64,000 bases of DNA, taken from the sequence record NC_041916.1. The stretch is one strand, 5' to 3'. Within the stretch, counting starts at the first letter, position 1, and each line of letters opens with the position of its first letter. Shown in pieces: positions 38,143 through 47,343 of the stretch. The notes below the pieces were generated by a model that was not told the DNA's origin, did not search any database, and saw nothing but the letters and a program-made list of their open reading frames with translations. The position numbers were made by a program, and so were the translations under genes.

Positions 38143-39299
38143 TACATACCGCCGTTTAGGAGTTTCATGATGTCCGCTAGTGAACCAACGCTGGATTCCT
38201 TAGCCGCTTTCTGTTTGATATCGTTACGTGTGTACTGCTCAGGAAGTTTGACACCCATAGTGTAGAACGTGAACAAACCACGTGCTTCATTACAAATCAC
38301 GATAGTGTTTGCACGAAGACCTTGCCACAATGACTCACGTTGAGAAACGTTATCGAAACGTTTACCTGTTACCAATTCGATTTGACGAGCGGTGTTATCG
38401 CTGATCACGAAAGTGTTCGCCATGTTGTTCATGGACATTTCACCTGTCGCTGCCGCGATCTTAACGTGTTTACGTTGACGCTCGATAGAATCGTTGATGT
38501 ACTTCGTGTTGGCTTTCAAGTCATCCAGACGAACACGGAAACGTTCTTTGATCACGTCACGACCAGTCAATAGTTCTGGAGTAGTGATCATGCCAACGTC
38601 GAGTTTATCAAAACGAGTTTGCCAAGAGTCTTCACCTTTCGCATGGTCAAACACACGCTCAAGATCTTTAGGACTCATAGGGACAGGGATTTGACGGAAA
38701 GTCAGTGGGAAGGAGATGGTTTTGTTGTCTAGGGTGATTTGCGCATCTACTGTGCGACCAAGCGCCAGAGGAACGTATTCAGACAATACCGTTTGTGTTG
38801 CTTTAGAATCAATAGCAACGCCATCAGGAGTGACCTTTTCTTCTTTAGGAGCAAGGGCTTCTTGACCGTCTACTTTAGCTTCTGGTTTCACTAAATGTGT
38901 GCCACCAAAAGACTCAAGACCGCCAAAGCTACCAAGGCGGCGACCTGCACCGCGATTAGGGCGAATAGGGTCAATGTACTTGTCAATCTGCACGCCGGCG
39001 ATAGTACCTTGCATACGAAGATGTGTCAAGGTAGCCTGAATATCACGCAATTGTATGATCGTCATTAGGTCGGTAGCGTAGTCCTGATGGACTAGATTTT
39101 GCTCAATTACCACCATTGGACGAATCATGGTTTTTTGTGCAGAAGCAACAACACTATTGCCTTTGTGAGTAGCAATTGCTGCGCCACCATGTTTTGCACC
39201 AACCTCGATTACTCTGGCGGCGATTTCTGCTTCAGTACCGCCAAATGTCCCCTTAACGACAGTGGACAGCGCGGTACCCAGATCAGTGAATAAACTCAT
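38142..39299 (-). CDS. Inner-body protein (gp89-like)
   Basis: 385 aa, internal GGLESF and DGQEAL sites; divergent from gp88-like gene. Confidence 0.65.
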   Translation of the reverse strand: MSLFTDLGTALSTVVKGTFGGTEAEIAARVIEVGAKHGGAAIATHKGNSVVASAQKTMIRPMVVIEQNLVHQDYATDLMTIIQLRDIQATLTHLRMQGTIAGVQIDKYIDPIRPNRGAGRRLGSFGGLESFGGTHLVKPEAKVDGQEALAPKEEKVTPDGVAIDSKATQTVLSEYVPLALGRTVDAQITLDNKTISFPLTFRQIPVPMSPKDLERVFDHAKGEDSWQTRFDKLDVGMITTPELLTGRDVIKERFRVRLDDLKANTKYINDSIERQRKHVKIAAATGEMSMNNMANTFVISDNTARQIELVTGKRFDNVSQRESLWQGLRANTIVICNEARGLFTFYTMGVKLPEQYTRNDIKQKAAKESSVGSLADIMKLLNGGM

Positions 39300-39323
39300 A
39301 ATAGTCTCTCTAAGTTAATTTAT

Positions 39324-40385
39324 TTGGATATAAAGATGGAAAGTATTGACAAACAACCGGATAAACTCAATCCGTTTACCGGAGAGGTCGATCCCAAAGT
39401 AAAGGTTTGGTTAAACGACGTCTTCAAAGAAAACGGTGGTGGTAGTTATCTTAGTCCGTTGGGTAATATTTTACACGGTATAAAAATATTGGGTAACGGC
39501 ATTCAACTGGCACCTATGGCTGATGACATCATAGGATTAATGTTCATCCCAAGACCCAAGTTGAATCTAAGTGATGAGAACGTTTCCAAATCCCCACGAT
39601 TTGCTAAACTGTTTAAAGCAGATTCTAACTCATTGGGTGGATACATCCGAGGACTGTTGGATCATCGAGTAGGTCAAACCTACAACCATCCCGCACTTGA
39701 TAATAAGAATGCGTGGATGCCTTTATTAACCAACTTGTTACAGAAGTCCGACGGGTTTCCCGATTTAGAATTAGAAACCAGCAGCACCCAACCCGGCATC
39801 CGTCAGGAAGTCTATCAGTGGATGGAAGGGGTGATGGAAACCAACGGTCTTATCACTATCAACCAAACTTACAAAAACGTAAGAGGTGGTATTCTTCCTT
39901 ATCTATTCGGTGTTTGGGAACATTACATTCCTGAAGTCCGTCTAGGGGACCACGGGATGGAACCGTATTGGGAAGCGCAATACCAAAACTATTGGGATTT
40001 CGATACCCGCATTTACCACTTGTTCATGAACCCGAACATGGTGAACATCGAATCCATTTACATGACCATTAACTCAGTCCCTTCCACTCACCCTCAAGGT
40101 AGTTTGGCTAGCATCGACCTAACACAAGCAGGTCGTCGTGGTCCGGGACAGGATACGTTTGACGTTCAATTTAAATCAATCGGTGCACGTGCTGATACGT
40201 TTGAGTGTATAGATGCGTTCAACGGTGTAACGATCGAGTTCAACGGAGACATGGCTGACGGTAAACGAGATAAGCATTACCGTAAGCTGGACCGTACTGA
40301 GTTCTTAGATCATAACTTTAAAGCATACCCATGGATCAATATCAATACCATGGAACTAGAATGGTGGGTACCTAATGAACGGTGA
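39324..40385 (+). CDS. Virion protein (gp88-like), possible tail-tube-fold baseplate protein
   Basis: Plus-strand pair with 973-aa gene as in phiKZ; true start probably ATG 39336. Confidence 0.6.
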   Translation: MDIKMESIDKQPDKLNPFTGEVDPKVKVWLNDVFKENGGGSYLSPLGNILHGIKILGNGIQLAPMADDIIGLMFIPRPKLNLSDENVSKSPRFAKLFKADSNSLGGYIRGLLDHRVGQTYNHPALDNKNAWMPLLTNLLQKSDGFPDLELETSSTQPGIRQEVYQWMEGVMETNGLITINQTYKNVRGGILPYLFGVWEHYIPEVRLGDHGMEPYWEAQYQNYWDFDTRIYHLFMNPNMVNIESIYMTINSVPSTHPQGSLASIDLTQAGRRGPGQDTFDVQFKSIGARADTFECIDAFNGVTIEFNGDMADGKRDKHYRKLDRTEFLDHNFKAYPWININTMELEWWVPNER

Positions 40386-43296
40386 GTTAACCTACGATGA
40401 ATTAAACCGCATCGCAAACAACCCCAGTCGAGCTATCTCGCTGGTACTAGACCGTACCGCAGAAGCCTTTGCTGGTAAACGTGTGAAGTTCGAAAGTTCT
40501 TCACACCCTTTTGTAAGAGCGTTAGATACAATCTGTTCTGAATCCGCAGGATTGATCAACCGTCTAGGTGACGTTGAATCTCGTTTGTATCGTGAACACG
40601 CTCGCACACCTTCGGACTTATTCCGTCACATGAGTGACTATGAGTTCTACGGACTGTTTGGTAACCCGAGTCACGCAACCATGCGTTTCTCTTTACCGGT
40701 TTCTGAGATTCGCCGATTAGCGGTGGATTACGAAGAACAGTCGGGCACGGTGATTAACCGTTACCGTAAACTGACCATGCCTAAGGACACCATCGTTGAG
40801 GTGTACGGCATTCCTTTTAGCATCGTTCACGCTATCGAGTTCCGTTTGATGGAAGCGGGTCACGTGCAAGTCGTTTACGATTCAAAGACTCAACACCCTT
40901 ACTTTAACATCACCACAAACTCTCTGGAGCGACGTACTGTTAACATCTTGGATCAAGAATACCTGTACGTTGACATCCCTGTGAAACAGTTACGTAGTGA
41001 AACCAAACGTAAGATTGCGATAACACCATCGGCGGGTCTAAAAGAAACGTACAACTTTAAAGATAAGTTGTTTGGTGTCCGAGCTTGGCTAAAACCAACG
41101 AACGGTGAAATCCGAGAGTTACGCATTGCTTACAACAACCAAGTCTTTAACCAAAACGAAGTAACCTTGACGGTAGACGTTGATCAAGACAACCAACGTT
41201 TCGTGTACGCTATCCCAGAGACCTTCATTAATAACGGTAAAGGGGTCGGTACGTTAACCTTAGTGGTTTACACCACTCGCGGTGAGTACGAACAAGATTT
41301 GAGCACTTTACGTTCTCAGACTCACACGGTTAAATATCTTGATCACGATTACGATAAGAACCAGTTGGGTAAATACTCAGCACCGATGCGAGAAGTGAAT
41401 AACTCGGCTTGGGAAATCCAAACCGCAGTTACTGGTGGCAGCAGTCCTCGTTCTTTCTTAGAGCTTAAGAATGAAACCATCAATAATGCTCGTCGTCAGT
41501 CCATTCCTATTTCGGAGAACCAGATCAGTAACTACTTGAACGCTTATGGTTATTCGGCTACGAAACTGATCGACGTTTACACCAACCGCTTGTACCAAGT
41601 GACTCGCGAACTCCCGACTTACACTGACGCGGATAATTCAGTGAAATCGGTGAACGCTTACATCGCAAAAGTCATGTACTCGATCGATGAACTGCGTAAC
41701 TCTGGTGTGGTGTACGATAACGAGAAACGCATCACTATGCCTCCGGGTACCGTGTTTGACGTAACTGAAACCGGGACACGTGTTTTACCTAAGACGCAAA
41801 TCGATGCCATCAAACAAATGACCACCGACGAACGTCTGGATTACGTAAACGGTCGCATGCTGGTTTACTCTCCTTTCCATACGGTGTTGGACGTTACAGG
41901 TGGTACGGTTAAGGTTCGCCCTTATTTGTTGGACAATCCTAAGTACGACAACCAGAACTTCTTGTACGAGAAAGAAACGCTGGGTATTGAGCTATCGGTT
42001 CAGTCTATTAAAGTGGAACACCGTAACCGTGGTTACCGTATCATTATGGTGACTCGTGGTGACGACGCTTATCGTCAAATGAGTGATGATAAAGTGGGTG
42101 CTCAACTTTACTTTACTCCTGCGGATTCCCGTGACATTGCCACGCTGAAAGGGACCGTGTTGGGTCGAAACAGTGATAACGATCGCATCTGGTCGTTTGA
42201 ATTGGATTCTAACTTCGATCTGGATCAACGAGACTTGATGACGTTCACCAACATGTTTATGTTCAGTCGTCCAATCCCCAGTGTGAAAGCGGAACTTAAA
42301 TCAGACATCCGTGTGTTGTTCTTAGTGGAAGGTTCTGAAGGCGAGAAACAAACCGAACAAGATTTGTTGATCGATCCAGCACTTTACCCAACCAACATGA
42401 CGTGTTTGATTGAAGTGGGTTACGACTTAATCTTAGGGAAAGCGTTAAACAACTTGTACCATCGTGCTCACCCGGTATTAGGGGACGCTCAGTACAAACG
42501 TTATGCCGAGGACGTACCTGAGACGTGGCCGGAAGATACTTTCAAACGCCATGAAAATGGTGATTACGTGTTTGAAGACGGTCGTCTGGTATTGGAACAC
42601 CGAGCAGGGGACATCATGTTGAATGAAGATGGTAAGCCGATCATTCTTCATTACAAAAACTCTCTGGTGAAAGATGAGAACGATCAACCGATCAAACTCG
42701 TTCCTAATCAGTTGAAATACTACATGGACTTTGTGTGTTTCGATGGCAACTACCATTTCTCTAATGATGAGTACGATTTAAACTACGCTCGCCAAACTAA
42801 GGAATACATCACTGACGTGGTTGTGCAGGACATGGCTAACTTTGAAAGCCAAATGCGTGATAAAACGGATTTGATGTTCGCACCTAAGGTTAAGCTTGGT
42901 TTGATCAACGTAGTGATGAACTCTCAGTTTGAAACTAAGGTTCGAGCTGACTTGTCCTTTAACGTGGTCTTCTATTTGACACCGGCGGGGATTCGTAGTG
43001 ACACTGTTCGCCCGGCTATTAAGACGATTACTTCTAATGTGATCAACCAGATGCTGAAGAACACCACCGTGTCTAATAATGAAATCGTACGTGCGTTGAA
43101 AGATGCATTACCGAGTGATGTAGTTGACTTACGTCTGAATGCTCTTGCAAACGATGCTGAGATCGATGTTGTATCTAACCTAGACACAACTACCAGTTTC
43201 TCTGTCCGTAAGCGTCTGGAGAATACAGGCGACGGTGTATCCAGTGTTAAGGAATCGATTTCTTACGCGTTCCTACCACACTACAAAAATAAATAA
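40375..43296 (+). CDS. Baseplate wedge-like protein (gp87-like)
   Basis: 973 aa; AVTGGSSPRSFLELKNETI resembles the GG-x-D-x-ES-x-E-x-LR motif of BaseplateJ/T4 gp6. Confidence 0.65.
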   Translation: MNGELTYDELNRIANNPSRAISLVLDRTAEAFAGKRVKFESSSHPFVRALDTICSESAGLINRLGDVESRLYREHARTPSDLFRHMSDYEFYGLFGNPSHATMRFSLPVSEIRRLAVDYEEQSGTVINRYRKLTMPKDTIVEVYGIPFSIVHAIEFRLMEAGHVQVVYDSKTQHPYFNITTNSLERRTVNILDQEYLYVDIPVKQLRSETKRKIAITPSAGLKETYNFKDKLFGVRAWLKPTNGEIRELRIAYNNQVFNQNEVTLTVDVDQDNQRFVYAIPETFINNGKGVGTLTLVVYTTRGEYEQDLSTLRSQTHTVKYLDHDYDKNQLGKYSAPMREVNNSAWEIQTAVTGGSSPRSFLELKNETINNARRQSIPISENQISNYLNAYGYSATKLIDVYTNRLYQVTRELPTYTDADNSVKSVNAYIAKVMYSIDELRNSGVVYDNEKRITMPPGTVFDVTETGTRVLPKTQIDAIKQMTTDERLDYVNGRMLVYSPFHTVLDVTGGTVKVRPYLLDNPKYDNQNFLYEKETLGIELSVQSIKVEHRNRGYRIIMVTRGDDAYRQMSDDKVGAQLYFTPADSRDIATLKGTVLGRNSDNDRIWSFELDSNFDLDQRDLMTFTNMFMFSRPIPSVKAELKSDIRVLFLVEGSEGEKQTEQDLLIDPALYPTNMTCLIEVGYDLILGKALNNLYHRAHPVLGDAQYKRYAEDVPETWPEDTFKRHENGDYVFEDGRLVLEHRAGDIMLNEDGKPIILHYKNSLVKDENDQPIKLVPNQLKYYMDFVCFDGNYHFSNDEYDLNYARQTKEYITDVVVQDMANFESQMRDKTDLMFAPKVKLGLINVVMNSQFETKVRADLSFNVVFYLTPAGIRSDTVRPAIKTITSNVINQMLKNTTVSNNEIVRALKDALPSDVVDLRLNALANDAEIDVVSNLDTTTSFSVRKRLENTGDGVSSVKESISYAFLPHYKNK

Positions 43297-43303
43297 AAAG
43301 CAT

Positions 43304-43336
43304 AAGTACTCCTACCCGATGAGGGTAGGAGTACTT
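43304..43336. terminator. Bidirectional terminator
   Basis: 14-bp perfect stem AAGTACTCCTACCC-GATGA-GGGTAGGAGTACTT between convergent genes. Confidence 0.9.
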
Positions 43337-43343
43337 TATTTGC

Positions 43344-44075
43344 TTATTGCGGATCAATGGCATCCAATTGTTCTGGTGTAAGTTCTAGACGAGCTTCACC
43401 AAAGATAACAATACGACCCACCAATGCTTCCATAGCGTGAATCATGTTCAACATGCGTTCACAATCCCACTTAAGACTCCAAAGATAAAGTCCTTTAGTG
43501 TCCTCACGACGAGCCACATCAATGATGCACTCTTTCATCAGCTCTAAGCTGTAACCGTTTGAAAGGTAATCACCTTCTGGTTCCAACTCTTCCCAATGAA
43601 CGTCTTTACGACCTTCATAAGCAGGTGAGCGAAGGTGACCTTTGAAACGAGCTAAGTCACGGTACAAACAAATGGCTTTGTGATTATTAGTCTCAGTCGG
43701 ATTAGCTTGCAAACGTTTGATGGTGTACGCAATCATCAGTTCAGCAAGTTCGTAGTAAGTTCTAAGAATCGCCCGACCTTTGTTAATGACACTCAAATCC
43801 ACGTAACCATTGTTGCTGCGTAAACGAACACAATAACGGAACTGATCGCTGTTGATCGAAGAAGCCACTTTAGTTGCACGTAGTTTGATTTCACGAATCT
43901 CACTAGGCAATGCTTCCGCAACCTTCGCCATTTCCAACACTTGTTCAAGTGAAGTCGGTTTCTTCAGTGTTTCCATTAAGAGGTTAGACTTTTCTAGAAA
44001 GTCCTCCACGAACGGTTCAAACTCACGAACATCATTACGAAGATCACGGTAACGACGGTTGATTTCACGTATCAT
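43344..44075 (-). CDS. Hypothetical protein (243 aa)
   Basis: TAATG coupling to upstream gene. Confidence 0.75.
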   Translation of the reverse strand: MIREINRRYRDLRNDVREFEPFVEDFLEKSNLLMETLKKPTSLEQVLEMAKVAEALPSEIREIKLRATKVASSINSDQFRYCVRLRSNNGYVDLSVINKGRAILRTYYELAELMIAYTIKRLQANPTETNNHKAICLYRDLARFKGHLRSPAYEGRKDVHWEELEPEGDYLSNGYSLELMKECIIDVARREDTKGLYLWSLKWDCERMLNMIHAMEALVGRIVIFGEARLELTPEQLDAIDPQ

Positions 44076-45523
44076 TACAAATTCACTCCCATGTTTAAAG
44101 TACGAGACAGCGAGTTTAACTTACGTTTAACATCCGGGAACAGTGCATCGTAAATGCGTTGGAAACTACGGTCTTTATCATCGCGCGCATCTTTAGGAAC
44201 GCTTGCTAGATTACCGATAGGGATTTCAACACCTGTTTCTTTCTTATGCGCTTTACGGAAGTCATTACGTTCCTTAGCACGTTGGAAAGAGAACACCGTT
44301 AACAAGAACTGGTAACGTTGAGACCATTCAGCGAGGTATTGAATCTCAGCTGTGAACTTAAGCGCTACATCTGTTGATTGACGAAGAATCGACGTGTAGT
44401 TACCAACCGCACCAGTGTACAGACGGTAGGTAGCCAGAATGTCCGTGTTGTCACCCGGTAGTGCTTGCAAGAACGCAAGGTCGTCATGCTTAATCACTTG
44501 AGTCAACTTGTTCGCCAAGCTGCTGTCCAGAGTCAAGTTGAACCAGTCCGGGTTATCAACGATTTGTTGACGGATGTTAGAACCAGTACGAGACAGTGCA
44601 ACAAAGTCTTCGACCTTCACATCATCTTTAGAGACTTGCATTAGGTTCTGCATAGCCTTAGTGGATTCTGCGAATAACTTATCGTCATCCAGATTACCTG
44701 AAGTGCGATCAGTCATAATACCTAACAACTTAACGTAGTTACGCTGCAACTTTTGTTGTTGGATGTTTTGAGCAATCATGTCCATCACATCCGCAACCCA
44801 TTCCGCTTTGTCTTTGTTTGTTAACGAATCGTCTTTAGCACGTTTACGAAGACGACCGATAGACGAAGCGAAACGTTGGTCTAAGCGCTGGATACTGCCT
44901 TCTTGACGGTTGATCTCCGCAATGAAGTCTTTAAGTGCAGGAAGTGCTTCTTGCAGTTTAGCCGCTGCTTCCAAAGTAGTTTGGTTACGAGCACGGAGTG
45001 TGCGCACTACGGAAATACGACGACTGCTAACTGGGTCTTTACCAAAGAGTTCTTTCACGTCCAAGACGTTAAGCTCTGGACCGCCCATCTCTACCAGCTT
45101 GGATTCGATGTCACGTAACATTTCATCAGCTTTAGCGATTTCACGACCATCCGTAAAGAAGCTGGAGATACGTCGGAACTGTGCCATCATCCATTTGGCC
45201 GCATTAGAGATCATCTCAATAACACGACGAACGAATTCAGTGATGCCGTTAGAAATGCTTTCTAGGAAAGACTCACCACCCAACAGACCGTTCAACGTAG
45301 TACAACCCGGTTCAAAGCGTTCGGTACCTGCTACCTTCGCCGTCTCCAAAGCTTTCTTGCTAAGCTTACCTGTTTTTAGATACTCTGCCAGTGCAGCTGT
45401 TTCTTCAGGGTTTGTTACGTCATCGTAAGTTTCGTCTAGGTCGATCAACTGTTTGCGTTCAGTGTTACCCACACCGACCGTACCTGCTGTCCCCATGTCT
45501 ACGAAATTAGGAGATGTACTCAT
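44075..45523 (-). CDS. Internal head protein (gp86-like)
   Basis: AGTERF and GGESF sites followed by family-type helix; synteny. Confidence 0.7.
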   Translation of the reverse strand: MSTSPNFVDMGTAGTVGVGNTERKQLIDLDETYDDVTNPEETAALAEYLKTGKLSKKALETAKVAGTERFEPGCTTLNGLLGGESFLESISNGITEFVRRVIEMISNAAKWMMAQFRRISSFFTDGREIAKADEMLRDIESKLVEMGGPELNVLDVKELFGKDPVSSRRISVVRTLRARNQTTLEAAAKLQEALPALKDFIAEINRQEGSIQRLDQRFASSIGRLRKRAKDDSLTNKDKAEWVADVMDMIAQNIQQQKLQRNYVKLLGIMTDRTSGNLDDDKLFAESTKAMQNLMQVSKDDVKVEDFVALSRTGSNIRQQIVDNPDWFNLTLDSSLANKLTQVIKHDDLAFLQALPGDNTDILATYRLYTGAVGNYTSILRQSTDVALKFTAEIQYLAEWSQRYQFLLTVFSFQRAKERNDFRKAHKKETGVEIPIGNLASVPKDARDDKDRSFQRIYDALFPDVKRKLNSLSRTLNMGVNL

Positions 45524-45533
45524 GACGCACTCC

Positions 45534-45938
45534 TTATTTGTTGTAGGTGATCATTTCGTTCAACAGTGCCTTGAACGTTTGTTCGAACTCAGGGATGGTC
45601 GTCAGATCAAGATCTGCGATCTCTTCAGCAAGGATAGGAGTAAAACGACCGCCCGCTACCGCTTGGTTGTAAAGACGTTGGAAAACACCTTTAGTGCGTT
45701 CGAAAATGGTTTCGTAATCCAGAGGGGAAACTTCGTTCCACATCTCCACAGTACTCATCATGCGTTCTACCGCTTCTGGTGTCATTGAAGGACCATCAAT
45801 ACCACCCGTCATGTAAGTGTGTGCAACGATTGCACGCACCACTGCACTCGTAGTAACGAAACGGTGCTTTACAGGGTCTGTGATACCCTTTTCGATTAAT
45901 TTCGAATTGAGGGCAATGATGTGATTTAGATGAGACAT
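45534..45938 (-). CDS. Virion protein (gp85-like)
   Basis: 134 aa, synteny. Confidence 0.65.
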   Translation of the reverse strand: MSHLNHIIALNSKLIEKGITDPVKHRFVTTSAVVRAIVAHTYMTGGIDGPSMTPEAVERMMSTVEMWNEVSPLDYETIFERTKGVFQRLYNQAVAGGRFTPILAEEIADLDLTTIPEFEQTFKALLNEMITYNK

Positions 45939-45940
45939 TA

Positions 45941-47275
45941 TTATGCTCCGCTGCCTAGTGATTGAATTTTCGCATTAACAAGAGTCATTTCGTTGTTAAG
46001 CATGATTTTGGTGTAGTGTTCCAATGAATCAAAGTTAGACGTACCGTAACCAGTCATCCACTGCATGATACGTTGTACACCGGTATCTTCAAAGAAAGGT
46101 TTCTGTTCTTTGAGTGTCTTAAGGCTTGTTTCTAGGTCAACCAACATTTTACGACGATCGCTAGATGAAAGGTTCTTCATCTGTTTAATACGTGCAATCT
46201 GTTCTTGGAAGACGTTAAGCATGCGACGGTACGGTGTATCATAGATGTCTGATGTCATAAACAAATTGAAGTATGAGAATGACGACAAGGCTGCCACAAG
46301 AGCAAAGACACCGAGGAACACTGGCATAGCGGGAATGAAAAGGGTAATCCAACCCGCAGTGATGATAGAAGTGAAGAGGATGTAAAGACCAATGCCTTGA
46401 GTTGCAGCATCTTCCATACGTTTAAGCGCTTCGATCATGTGTTTATCACAACCCATACGAACCGCATAAACGTCAGCCAAGACTTCCGAGTTCATCTCAT
46501 CCACACCCAAAGACTGTGAGTTCATTTGAGCGCGTTGTTTACACAACTTAGTCAGAGACGCAACGATGATTTCTTCATCACCCGATTCGGCAATCTTTTG
46601 TAAATCTTTTACTTGCTTCTCTTCAACGTCAAGCAAACGAATAGCATCCTTATAGATCATCACTTGAGTTTGACCGTACTCTTGGTTACTCAACCAGTGG
46701 ATTGCTGAAGTAATCGCGTAAGAGTCCATCAAGTAACGGTGGATGGCGTACAAGCCAGAGAAAGCATGACCTAGCTCGTGAGTTAAGAAACAAGCCAGCA
46801 TTTCCGCGATGGTCTGATCGGTAAGATCGTCACCCGGAATGAAAGATTTCAGATCGGTGTTGATGTAGATCTCAAACGGGATCTGAGCGTAAGCCCCACC
46901 CACTTTACCAGTTTTGTAATCAATCGAACCACGAAGCAAGTTGCTTTGGTTTTGAGTGAACCAACGGTAAAGGTTGGTTTGACCTTTAGGGAAGTAATAC
47001 TCGATACCCTTAGAGTTCAAGATGTTCCCCGGGGATACATAACCTGTGTCGATCGCTAAGTTACCGTAATCGATCAAGTTGAATTTAAGATTCGCAAATC
47101 CACAGTACTTCTCGATAACACGATGAGCTGCCGCCGGAACTTCCTGTAGTTGTCCGTCGACAACCATAGGGGCAAGTACCGCTGAAATCTCGTTAAAGAA
47201 GTCTTTAGATTGGAAATCCATAAATTCTAAACCAGCTACTTTAAATTGCGGTACTAGGAATTTATTGTTAATCAT
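45941..47275 (-). CDS. Head protein (gp84-like) with zinc-metallopeptidase motif and hydrophobic hairpin
   Basis: THELGH (HEXXH), SEVLADVYA third-ligand motif, about 45-aa hydrophobic stretch, N-terminal AGLE site. Confidence 0.75.
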   Translation of the reverse strand: MINNKFLVPQFKVAGLEFMDFQSKDFFNEISAVLAPMVVDGQLQEVPAAAHRVIEKYCGFANLKFNLIDYGNLAIDTGYVSPGNILNSKGIEYYFPKGQTNLYRWFTQNQSNLLRGSIDYKTGKVGGAYAQIPFEIYINTDLKSFIPGDDLTDQTIAEMLACFLTHELGHAFSGLYAIHRYLMDSYAITSAIHWLSNQEYGQTQVMIYKDAIRLLDVEEKQVKDLQKIAESGDEEIIVASLTKLCKQRAQMNSQSLGVDEMNSEVLADVYAVRMGCDKHMIEALKRMEDAATQGIGLYILFTSIITAGWITLFIPAMPVFLGVFALVAALSSFSYFNLFMTSDIYDTPYRRMLNVFQEQIARIKQMKNLSSSDRRKMLVDLETSLKTLKEQKPFFEDTGVQRIMQWMTGYGTSNFDSLEHYTKIMLNNEMTLVNAKIQSLGSGA

Positions 47276-47343
47276 TTTGGATTACCTTTAAAAATTTACT
47301 ACAATGCGCATTATACTAGACCTAAATACAATCCAGTCATAAA

